A stretch of DNA of 64,000 nucleotides, taken from NCBI GenBank assembly GCA_027490055.1, contig JAIXYV010000063.1, positions 1,377-65,376 of the forward strand. The letters run 5' to 3'. The DNA is from Bacteroidota bacterium. Its GTDB lineage: Bacteria > Bacteroidota > Bacteroidia > NS11-12g > UBA955. Below, piece after piece: positions 46,133 to 54,473 of the stretch. The number at the start of each line of letters is the position of its first letter. The first letter of the stretch is position 1. The position numbers were made by a program, and so were the translations under genes. Under the pieces are notes generated by a model. The model was given only the letters and a program-made list of their open reading frames with translations. It was not told the DNA's origin and made no database searches.

Positions 46133-48364
46133 TTATGAACCAACCTCGATTCTGTAGACATTCATGGTTGGATGCTTCATCTTGATATTGTTGATCAGAT
46201 TATCGAGGTGCTTGGTGTCTTCTACATAAACTGATATCATGCCTTCGAAGGTGCCTTCGTGACTTTCAATCGTGATGGCTTTCATGTTTACACCCATATT
46301 TTTACTGATGATATTAGATAAGCTGCTCACAACTCCCACGTCATCAATACCGATAATTTTAACACCCGCCAAGAACCTGGTTTCTGTTTTTACAAAACTG
46401 TCTTTCCATTGAGCTTTGATAATGCGATAACCATAGTTACTCATCAGAGAAACGGCATTCGGACAATTGGTTCGGTGGATTTTAACCCCCTCGCCAATGG
46501 TAATAAATCCAAAGATGTCATCACCTGGAATCGGACTGCAGCATTTGGACAGAGAGTAAGGTAAATCATACTCATCGCCCACAATAATTTCGTTCTTTTT
46601 GGGAGGTGATTTCTGAGCAGCTGATTCGGCTCCGAGAGGCTTTGGACTGGCAATAACCTTCTTATTGATGATATTGCTTATCTGCAGTTTGTCTGCCGGT
46701 ATTAGCTCTTTCTGGATAGAGTAATACAAGTCGAGTGCCGACTGTACTTTAAAATATCTAACCAGCTTATGGATATTATCTTCATTAAAATCGACCTTCT
46801 CTTTGCCGAATTTTTTCTTAAGCAGTTCTTTGCCTTTTTCAGCCGATTCGCGTTTAGATTCTCTCAGGAAATTTCTGATACGGGCAATGGCTTTACCTGA
46901 AATAACAATCTGCAACCACTCTTCGCGGGGATGTTGTTTTTCTGAAGTTAGGATTTCCACCTGATCGCCATTAGAAAGAATATGGCTGATAGGCACCAGA
47001 CGGTTGTTAACTTTAGCGCCTATACATTTACTACCCACTTGCGTGTGAATCTCGAATGCGAAGTCGAGCGCCGAAGCCCCTTTAGGCATTTTCTTGAGAT
47101 CGCCGTTAGGTGTGAAAACAAAGATTTCTTCGTGTATCAGTTGAAGTTTGAAATCATCGATAAACTCGAGGGCATTGGTAGAAGGATTTTCGAGTATGTC
47201 TTTAATACGCGCCAGCCAGCCATCCACACCCGAGCGTTCTTCATTAGAGATCCCATCTTTGGTGTTCTTGTATTTCCAGTGAGCCGCATAACCTTTTTCG
47301 GCAATTTCATCCATACGTGCGGTACGAATCTGAACTTCCACCCATTTGCCATCATGACTCATAACGGTGGTGTGTAAGCTTTCGTAACCATTACTTTTTG
47401 GCGTCGTAATCCAGTCGCGTGTACGGGAAGGATTCGGTTTATAGATATCGGTAACGATGGAGTAGGCAGTCCAGCAATCTGATTTCTCGCGTTCAGGATC
47501 GGCATCCACAATAATTCGCACGGCAAAAAGATCGTAGACCTCTTCGAAGGGAATATCCTGTTGCTTCATCTTTTTAAGGATAGAGTAGATACTTTTCGGG
47601 CGACCTTTAATTTCGAATTTCAGGTTAGTGCCTTCCAGTTTTTCCTTGATAGGTTCTATGAACTTTTTGATGAAGCGATCTCGTGCTGCTTTTTTGGCAT
47701 TCAGTTTAGTTGAGATGTCCTTATAAGCTTCGCGTTGGGTGTATTTAATGGATAGATCTTCGAGTTCAGATTTAACGTTGTATAGACCCAGACGATGGGC
47801 AAGAGGAGCATAGAGGAAAAGCGTTTCGCTGGCGATTTTAAGCTGGTTTTTGCGACTCATGCTTTCAAGGGTACGCATGTTATGGAGACGGTCGCACAGC
47901 TTCACCAGGATAACACGCACATCATCGCTGAGGGTGAGTAGCATTTTACGGAAGTTTTCCGCCTGCATGCTATCGGTATGGTCGAATACCTCTTTAATTT
48001 TAGTCAAGCCATCTACGATTTTCGATACTTTTTCACCGAATTTGCGTTTTATGTCATCGACTGTGTAGTTGCTGTCTTCTACCACATCGTGAATCAGCGC
48101 ACAGATAATGGAAGTGGTACCCAGACCAATTTCCTGTGCAGCGATACGCGCCACAGCGATAGGGTGGTAGATATAGGGTTCGCCGGATTTACGGCGCATA
48201 TCTTTATGAGCATCCAGGGCCAGGTCGAAGGCCGCACGGATGCCTTTTTTCTGTTCAGAGGTAAGTTCGTGACGAATGGATCTTAAGAGCGATTTATAGC
48301 GTTTAAGAATTTCCTTTCTTTCTATTTCCTCTCTTTCAAGTATAGATATTTCTCCTTCAGACAT
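46133..48364 (-). CDS. relA: bifunctional (p)ppGpp synthetase/hydrolase (RelA/SpoT homologue)
   Basis: 743 aa. HD domain (HPIAVA...HDVVEDS), synthetase region (YKPNPSRTRDWITTPKSNGYESLHTTV), and TGS and ACT-like C-terminal regions. Confidence 0.95.
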   Translation of the reverse strand: MSEGEISILEREEIERKEILKRYKSLLRSIRHELTSEQKKGIRAAFDLALDAHKDMRRKSGEPYIYHPIAVARIAAQEIGLGTTSIICALIHDVVEDSNYTVDDIKRKFGEKVSKIVDGLTKIKEVFDHTDSMQAENFRKMLLTLSDDVRVILVKLCDRLHNMRTLESMSRKNQLKIASETLFLYAPLAHRLGLYNVKSELEDLSIKYTQREAYKDISTKLNAKKAARDRFIKKFIEPIKEKLEGTNLKFEIKGRPKSIYSILKKMKQQDIPFEEVYDLFAVRIIVDADPEREKSDCWTAYSIVTDIYKPNPSRTRDWITTPKSNGYESLHTTVMSHDGKWVEVQIRTARMDEIAEKGYAAHWKYKNTKDGISNEERSGVDGWLARIKDILENPSTNALEFIDDFKLQLIHEEIFVFTPNGDLKKMPKGASALDFAFEIHTQVGSKCIGAKVNNRLVPISHILSNGDQVEILTSEKQHPREEWLQIVISGKAIARIRNFLRESKRESAEKGKELLKKKFGKEKVDFNEDNIHKLVRYFKVQSALDLYYSIQKELIPADKLQISNIINKKVIASPKPLGAESAAQKSPPKKNEIIVGDEYDLPYSLSKCCSPIPGDDIFGFITIGEGVKIHRTNCPNAVSLMSNYGYRIIKAQWKDSFVKTETRFLAGVKIIGIDDVGVVSSLSNIISKNMGVNMKAITIESHEGTFEGMISVYVEDTKHLDNLINNIKMKHPTMNVYRIEVGS

Positions 48365-48375
48365 AGTGTTTAGTG

Positions 48376-48383
48376 CAAATATA
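48376..48383 (-). promoter_or_regulatory. -7 box TATATTTG for relA/spoT
   Basis: The reverse complement of caaatata, 11 nt upstream of the ATG at 48364. Confidence 0.4.
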
Positions 48384-48453
48384 GTTAAAGAAGAAGGTTT
48401 TTAGACAGGGCAGGTGCAGAAGGATTTCAACGCTTGTCAAACTTACAGGTCAC

Positions 48454-48486
48454 AAAAAAAAGGCAACCGTTTCGGGTTGCCTTTTT
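48454..48486 (-). terminator. rho-independent terminator after rpsA (bidirectional form)
   Basis: Stem ggcaacc / gtttcg / ggttgcc, flanked by A8 on the plus strand (U8 on the minus-strand transcript) and T5. Confidence 0.7.
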
Positions 48487-48505
48487 GTAGGATTGTTATA
48501 ATGGA

Positions 48506-50629
48506 TTAAGCATTGAAGGTCTTAGCTTCTTCAATCCATGCATGCCAGGTTTCAAGGCTGGTCATGCTGTCTTGTTGCTCTAGTTCGGCGATTTTCTCGT
48601 CGGTTAAAGCAATTAAATCAGCGTAAGAGTGGATGCCTAAAGCGTTAAGACGCTTTTCGAAAGCAGGACCAACACCAGTGATTTTTTTCAGGTCATCACC
48701 AGCAGTTGTTTCTTCTTTAGCGGCTTTCTTTTCAACTTTCTCAGCTTTTTCAGCTTTAGGTTTTTCTTCTTTAGTACCAGCAGAGTCGAACATAGCTTTC
48801 AAATCGCTGAATGCATCTAACTCACCAAGAGTTGATTTTTCGTTTGATTTGTTCATGTTTTTAGCGGTTTTAGACGCTTTTTCTCTGTTAGCCTGGTCTT
48901 CAGCTTTACCAGCTTTATCGTCGGCTTTCCATGTATTGGTATGAGACAGAACGATGCTTTTGTTGTCTTTGCTAAATTCGATAACTTCGAATGTTAACAC
49001 ATCGCCATCTTTCACTTTACCGCCATTTTCTCTAACGAGGTGACGTTTTGGAGCGAATCCTTCGATACCGTATTGTAATTGGATGTTAGCACCTTTGTCG
49101 TTAACACCTACGATAGTACCTTCGTGCTTAGAGTGTAAGTAGAAGATAGTTTCGAAAGTATCCCAAGGGTTTTCTTCCAGTTGTTTATGACCGAGAGACA
49201 GGCGTCTGTTTTCAGAATCCACTTCAAGAACCACAACATCAATTTTCTCATCTTTCTTAATAAATTCAGAAGGATGTTTGATTTTCTTGGTCCAAGACAG
49301 ATCAGAAACGTGAACTAAACCGTCAACACCTTCTTCTAGTTCGATGAATAGACCGTAGCTGGTTAAGTTTTTAACGATACCTGTATGTTTGCTGCCTACT
49401 TTGTATTTTTCAACGATGCTGGCCCAAGGGTCAGGACTTAGTTGTTTAATACCCAGAGACATTTTGTGTTCATCTTTTTCAAGCGCAGTGATAACGGCTT
49501 CAACCTCGTCACCAGCTTTTAAGAAATCGTGTGGACTTCTTAGGTGTGAGCTCCAGCTCATTTCAGAAACGTGAACTAAACCTTCAACACCTGGTTTGAT
49601 TTCAACGAAAGCGCCGTAATCGGTAACAGTAACAACTTTACCTTTTACTTTAGCACCAACTTTGATTTCTTCTGCCAGAGTATCCCAAGGATGTTCTGTC
49701 AGTTGTTTCATACCAAGAGAGATACGTTTTTTATCTTCGTCGAATTCAAGTACAACGACAGTAACTTTCTGATCTAAAGATAATAATTCTTCAGGGTGGT
49801 TGATTCTACCCCAAGACATATCGGTGATGTGCAGTAAGCCATCGATACCACCAAGATCAACGAACGCACCGAATGGAGCGATGTTTTTAACGATACCTTC
49901 AAGAACCTGACCTTTTTCAAGTTTAGAAAGGATATCAGATTTTTGAGCTTCGATATCATCTTCGATAAGAGCTTTGTGAGAGATAACAACATTTTTGAAC
50001 ACATCGTTAACTTTAACAATTTTGAACTCCATATCTTTACCTACATACTGATCGTAGTCTTTAATAGGTTTAACGTCGATTTGAGAACCTGGTAAGAAAG
50101 CATCGATGCCCATGACATCAACCACTAAACCACCTTTAGTTCTTGTTTTTACTAAACCTGTAAGAACAGTACCTTCTTCCATAGCTTTCAGGATGAAATC
50201 CCAAGCTTTTTCCTGGATGGCACGTTTACGGGAAATGATCAGCTGACCGTCTTGGTCTTCCACATTCTCCAAATAAACTTCCACTTTATCACCTACTTTT
50301 AAATCTGGTAAATCTTTGAATTCGTTTCTAGAGATAATACCATCTGATTTAAAACCGACATTCACTACAACTTCTCTGTCGGAAATCGAAACTACATAAC
50401 CAGAGATTAATTCGTTCTGGCTAAGTGCTTTTAATGAGTTAGAATAAAGATTAACTAAATCATTGTGTTGTGCAGAATTGTAATTAGCAAATCCTGCTTT
50501 GTCCATGCTCCAATCGAAATCATCCGAAGCAGGAGCAGATGCTTTGGATTTAGTGCTGGTTTGTTTGGTTTCTGTGGCTGTCTCAACTCCTGTTGGAACG
50601 GTGCCGTCTTGTAATTGTTCTTCTGTCAA
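48506..50629 (-). CDS. rpsA: 30S ribosomal protein S1 with C-terminal charged linker and helix-hairpin-helix extension
   Basis: 707 aa with six S1-type OB repeats (recurring G.V..I...G.FV.L motifs). Apparent TTG start at 50629. The C-terminal ~130 aa lie beyond the last S1 repeat. Confidence 0.9.
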   Translation of the reverse strand: MTEEQLQDGTVPTGVETATETKQTSTKSKASAPASDDFDWSMDKAGFANYNSAQHNDLVNLYSNSLKALSQNELISGYVVSISDREVVVNVGFKSDGIISRNEFKDLPDLKVGDKVEVYLENVEDQDGQLIISRKRAIQEKAWDFILKAMEEGTVLTGLVKTRTKGGLVVDVMGIDAFLPGSQIDVKPIKDYDQYVGKDMEFKIVKVNDVFKNVVISHKALIEDDIEAQKSDILSKLEKGQVLEGIVKNIAPFGAFVDLGGIDGLLHITDMSWGRINHPEELLSLDQKVTVVVLEFDEDKKRISLGMKQLTEHPWDTLAEEIKVGAKVKGKVVTVTDYGAFVEIKPGVEGLVHVSEMSWSSHLRSPHDFLKAGDEVEAVITALEKDEHKMSLGIKQLSPDPWASIVEKYKVGSKHTGIVKNLTSYGLFIELEEGVDGLVHVSDLSWTKKIKHPSEFIKKDEKIDVVVLEVDSENRRLSLGHKQLEENPWDTFETIFYLHSKHEGTIVGVNDKGANIQLQYGIEGFAPKRHLVRENGGKVKDGDVLTFEVIEFSKDNKSIVLSHTNTWKADDKAGKAEDQANREKASKTAKNMNKSNEKSTLGELDAFSDLKAMFDSAGTKEEKPKAEKAEKVEKKAAKEETTAGDDLKKITGVGPAFEKRLNALGIHSYADLIALTDEKIAELEQQDSMTSLETWHAWIEEAKTFNA

Positions 50630-50638
50630 ATTTTGTTT

Positions 50639-50663
50639 CCTCCTTTGCGGGGCGGCAAATTTA
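50639..50663 (-). promoter_or_regulatory. rpsA -7 box TAAATTTG (50663-50656) and Shine-Dalgarno AGGAGG (50644-50639)
   Basis: The minus strand reads taaatttgccgccccgcaaaggaggaaacaaaatTTG. The SD lies 9 nt upstream of the TTG start. Confidence 0.45.
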
Positions 50664-50742
50664 CGAAAGATTTAATAAAAAAACACTTTTTTAATTAATT
50701 TTCTGAGTGGGAGGTAAGTGGCTGGTTTTGAGGTGTTTTGGT

Positions 50743-50777
50743 TTACACCTTCCAGGTCTTAGACCTGGAAGGTGTAA
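50743..50777. repeat. perfect palindrome H1 (16-bp stem, 3-nt loop)
   Basis: ttacaccttccaggtc tta gacctggaaggtgtaa. I checked the arms base by base. Confidence 0.9.
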
Positions 50778-51109
50778 GTGGCAATCGATCTTCAGCTAAA
50801 ACTAATCAAACGCCTAATATTTAAATATATAACTAGTCAAATAAGTTAATTATAAATTTTCTCTATTGCCAGATGATTACTAAATTACCTCGTTTTAAAT
50901 AATTGATATCGAGGTAGATAAAATGTTTTAATAAAATTAATCGTTAATAGAATATTTATTTCGTTTTGGTGTAATATCCTGATAACCAAATTATTGACTT
51001 GGTTTTACTGATGATTCGAAGTATGTGTCTGTAAATTAAATCTTTAGCTAAGCTTGATTTGGGAGTATTTTGTGTGAGTAGTGCTTTTTTAGTTTGAATT
51101 GAAATTTTC

Positions 51110-51150
51110 GTTCTGCACCTTCCAGGTCTAAGACCTGGAAGGTGCAGAAC
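51110..51150. repeat. perfect palindrome H2 (19-bp stem, 3-nt loop), 4 nt downstream of the stop of the 51155.. gene
   Basis: gttctgcaccttccaggtc taa gacctggaaggtgcagaac. It shares the 13-nt arm core caccttccaggtc with H1. Confidence 0.9.
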
Positions 51151-51154
51151 ATAT

Positions 51155-51664
51155 TCACTTCGTTACAGATTTCATCTCTATCACCGCAATCGCCGAATTA
51201 ATGTCGCTCTTTAACCTCGTTATCCTTAACTTATCCCTTATCGCCAACTGCTTGCCTTGCTCTAAAATCTCCATCTGCTTGTCTAATGATCCATATAAGT
51301 CTCTGAAAAAAGGTAAATAAGTGGTGCCTGAATCCTTATAGTTACCCATTACCAAACTGAAATTCAAATACGCTCTGTGTAATTGTACTGTGTCTAATCC
51401 ACTAAAATCATTTAACACCTTGCTCAATTTCTTTCCGGTATAAACATCCTTGTAAATCAACCACTGTCTCACCATCTCATAAGCTTTCCTCGATGCTTCC
51501 TCAGCCGAATCTCCCTGAATCTGCTTCTGCATAGCTTCATAACTTATCGGCATTGCTTCCGAATCTTTATTGTTAATTAACGATTGAGTGCTTTTGTTGT
51601 TATTGTCAGCAGATGTACAAGCCGACAATACAAGCAATGCTATTAATAACTTTTTCATGGACAT
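51155..51664 (-). CDS. hypothetical lipoprotein
   Basis: The ORF track gives 51155..51676 with a TTG start. ATG codons lie at 51664 and 51658. Lipoprotein signal LLIALLVLSAC. Confidence 0.45.
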   Translation of the reverse strand: MSMKKLLIALLVLSACTSADNNNKSTQSLINNKDSEAMPISYEAMQKQIQGDSAEEASRKAYEMVRQWLIYKDVYTGKKLSKVLNDFSGLDTVQLHRAYLNFSLVMGNYKDSGTTYLPFFRDLYGSLDKQMEILEQGKQLAIRDKLRITRLKSDINSAIAVIEMKSVTK

Positions 51665-51730
51665 TTTTTTAGGCAAAAAAAAAGTTGGATCTTTAATTAT
51701 CCAACTTTTCTTTTATAATGTTATTACTGA

Positions 51731-52189
51731 TTATTTGATTTTTTTAGCTTCTACTTTGACTTTGTCAGCAGCTTTATCAACCACTTTTTCAATCATTGTT
51801 CCTTCTGCTTTTTTAACATCAGCCTCGGTCGGAGTTACAACTGCAGCGCTGTCGTTTGGTACTACTACCGCAGCTTCTTTTGCTTTTGTTATACCGGCTG
51901 CATACTGATCGCCAATACTGGTCCACGAATTTTTTACTGCTTCTAATGCCGTTTTACTTGCTTCATCTAACTCTGTTACGTTTATACCTGAAGTGGCATT
52001 CTGAAATTCTGCTGAATAATTAGCCCAGGCACTTGAATCAAAGTTCTTAGTGGTGTCTACAATACTCTTAATAGAATCTACCCAGTTTTTTAATTCAGTT
52101 ACTTTTCCTACAGATTCAGATACAGCAGGGGTGTTGTTGCAAGCTGAGAATACAGCTACAGTAGCGATGGCGAAAAAAATGTTTTTCAT
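51731..52189 (-). CDS. hypothetical lipoprotein
   Basis: 152 aa with lipoprotein signal FFAIATVAVFSAC. The sequence is helical and alanine/lysine-rich. Confidence 0.45.
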   Translation of the reverse strand: MKNIFFAIATVAVFSACNNTPAVSESVGKVTELKNWVDSIKSIVDTTKNFDSSAWANYSAEFQNATSGINVTELDEASKTALEAVKNSWTSIGDQYAAGITKAKEAAVVVPNDSAAVVTPTEADVKKAEGTMIEKVVDKAADKVKVEAKKIK

Positions 52190-52264
52190 TCTTGTTTTTA
52201 TTTTTAAATCTGATGCAAAATTAATTTTTAAGTAAGATATTGCAAAACAATTTTTTGCATCAAT

Positions 52265-54367
52265 TTGAGCACGCAGTTTCTTGATACTCCAATCGAATAC
52301 CTTAAGGGTGTCGGACCACAGAAGGCCGAGATTCTAAAGGCAGAGATTTCTGTATTTACTTTCAAAGATCTGCTCTACTATTTCCCCTTTAAATACATCG
52401 ATAAAACTAGTCTCTCTGAAGTCAAAGACCTACATCCTGAAGCTGGAAATGTGCAACTAAGAGGAAAAATTTCTAATGTTAAAATCGTGGGGGTTAAAGC
52501 TGGTCGCCGTCTCAGTGCAACACTGAGAGATGCCACCGGTAAAGTGGAATTGCTTTGGTTTAAGAATTTTTCTTTTGTTGAAAAAGCCCTAAAGGAAGAT
52601 GCAATTTACACGGTCTACGGAAAAGTGAATGCCTTTAAAGGTGCTTTCTCTGTCCCTCATCCTGAAATTAAACTCTATGATGCGTCTGACAAGGAGAATA
52701 TCCTTCCAATGGAACCTGTTTATCCTCTGACTGAAAAACTAAAATCGCGTTTCATGGATTCACGCTATTTCATGGGTCTGGTGAAACACTTACTTCTGCA
52801 TCCCGATTTTCAACTCGAAGAATATATCCCTGAATCTGTCCTGAAACCACTCAAAATGATTGGTCGTAAAGCCGCTCTCTATTACATTCACCTGCCTGGT
52901 GACGAGAAAACCAGAGCCGCAGCCGAACGCCGTATTAAGTTTGATGAGATGTTTACTCTGGCCATGCGTTCTGAAAAAAACAAAGTTCTCCGCCTTCGCG
53001 AACACAATGGTATCCCGATGAATAAATCAGGTAAACTGGTCAACGAGTTTTACCATAATCATTTAAGCTTCGAACTTACCAATGCTCAGAAAAAGGTAAT
53101 CCGCGAGATTAAATCAGACATGGCTAAAGGCAGTCGCATGAACCGTCTACTACAAGGTGATGTAGGAAGTGGTAAAACCATCGTGGCGCTTTTCAGTATG
53201 CTGATGTGTATCGATAACGGCTTTCAGGCCTGCCTGATGGCACCTACCGAAATTCTGGCCACGCAACATTATCTGACCCTAAAGGATATGCTGTCTGAAA
53301 TGCCTGTAACAGTCGATTTGCTCACTGGTTCCAGTAATAAGAAACACCGTCAGTCGCTGCTCGAACGACTTAGCGATGGCTCCCTTAATATTTTAATAGG
53401 GACTCATGCCCTTATTGAAGATGAGGTGAATTTTAAGCAACTCGGACTGGCGGTAATCGACGAACAGCACCGCTTTGGTGTGGCACAGCGTGCTAAACTC
53501 TGGAACCGTTCAGTGTTAAAACCTCATGTCCTGGTAATGACCGCTACCCCAATTCCCAGAACTCTGGCAATGACTATTCACGGAGAACTGGATGTCTCAG
53601 TCATCGACGAATTGCCCAAAGATCGTAAGCCTGTTAAAACCCTGCACCGCGAAGAGATCTATCGTGGTGAGGTAATGGCTTTCTTAAAACGCGAACTCGA
53701 AAAAGGCCGTCAGGCCTATGTGGTATACCCACTAATAGAAGAATCATCTAAACTCGATTTAAATGATCTTAAAACAGGTTATGATGTTGTCTGCTCTTAT
53801 TTCCCCATTCCACAGTACCAGATTAGTCTTTTACACGGTAAAATGAAATCGGATGTCAAGGATTTTGAAATGCACCGTTTCAAGTCTGGTATTACTCAAA
53901 TTATGATTTCAACCACCGTTATTGAAGTTGGCGTGAATGTGCCTAATGCTTCTGTAATGATCATTGAAAATGCGAACCGCTTCGGTTTGTCTCAATTGCA
54001 CCAGCTGAGAGGAAGGGTGGGTCGCGGCGCCGAACAAAGTTTTTGTGTGCTTATGACCAAAGATGAGATGAACTATCCCTCCCGTAAACGGATCAAAACG
54101 ATGTGCGCCACAAACAATGGATTCGAGATTTCTAAAGTAGATTTAGAATTACGTGGTCCAGGTGATGTTTTGGGTACCAGACAAAGTGGCTTGCCCGATT
54201 TTAAATTACTGGATCTGGTAAAAGACGAAGAAATCATCGATCTGGCAAAACGAGCTTCTGCCTTTATTCTTAAAAATGATCCAGATCTGAGTGCAAGCGA
54301 AAATCAGGCATTGCTGTTATACTTACAGCAGCATCAAGACGACCATTTCTGGAGTCGGGTCAGCTGA
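52265..54367 (+). CDS. recG: ATP-dependent DNA helicase RecG
   Basis: 700 aa. N-terminal PIEYLKGVGP wedge region, helicase motifs GDVGSGKT, DEQHRFG, TATPIPRT and QLRGRVGRG. Apparent TTG start. Confidence 0.9.
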   Translation: MSTQFLDTPIEYLKGVGPQKAEILKAEISVFTFKDLLYYFPFKYIDKTSLSEVKDLHPEAGNVQLRGKISNVKIVGVKAGRRLSATLRDATGKVELLWFKNFSFVEKALKEDAIYTVYGKVNAFKGAFSVPHPEIKLYDASDKENILPMEPVYPLTEKLKSRFMDSRYFMGLVKHLLLHPDFQLEEYIPESVLKPLKMIGRKAALYYIHLPGDEKTRAAAERRIKFDEMFTLAMRSEKNKVLRLREHNGIPMNKSGKLVNEFYHNHLSFELTNAQKKVIREIKSDMAKGSRMNRLLQGDVGSGKTIVALFSMLMCIDNGFQACLMAPTEILATQHYLTLKDMLSEMPVTVDLLTGSSNKKHRQSLLERLSDGSLNILIGTHALIEDEVNFKQLGLAVIDEQHRFGVAQRAKLWNRSVLKPHVLVMTATPIPRTLAMTIHGELDVSVIDELPKDRKPVKTLHREEIYRGEVMAFLKRELEKGRQAYVVYPLIEESSKLDLNDLKTGYDVVCSYFPIPQYQISLLHGKMKSDVKDFEMHRFKSGITQIMISTTVIEVGVNVPNASVMIIENANRFGLSQLHQLRGRVGRGAEQSFCVLMTKDEMNYPSRKRIKTMCATNNGFEISKVDLELRGPGDVLGTRQSGLPDFKLLDLVKDEEIIDLAKRASAFILKNDPDLSASENQALLLYLQQHQDDHFWSRVS

Positions 54368-54438
54368 TTGAATGACGGAATTCATTGCCAATATGAAATA
54401 ATTGTTAAAAAATCCATGTAGAGTATTGAAATAAATAC

Positions 54439-54446
54439 TATCTTTG
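54439..54446 (+). promoter_or_regulatory. -7 box TATCTTTG for nusB
   Basis: Exact TAnnTTTG match. The ORF-track TTG start at 54444 lies inside it. The first ATG follows at 54474. Confidence 0.45.
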
Positions 54447-54473
54447 CCCACCCAAAAATACGTTCATAGATTA

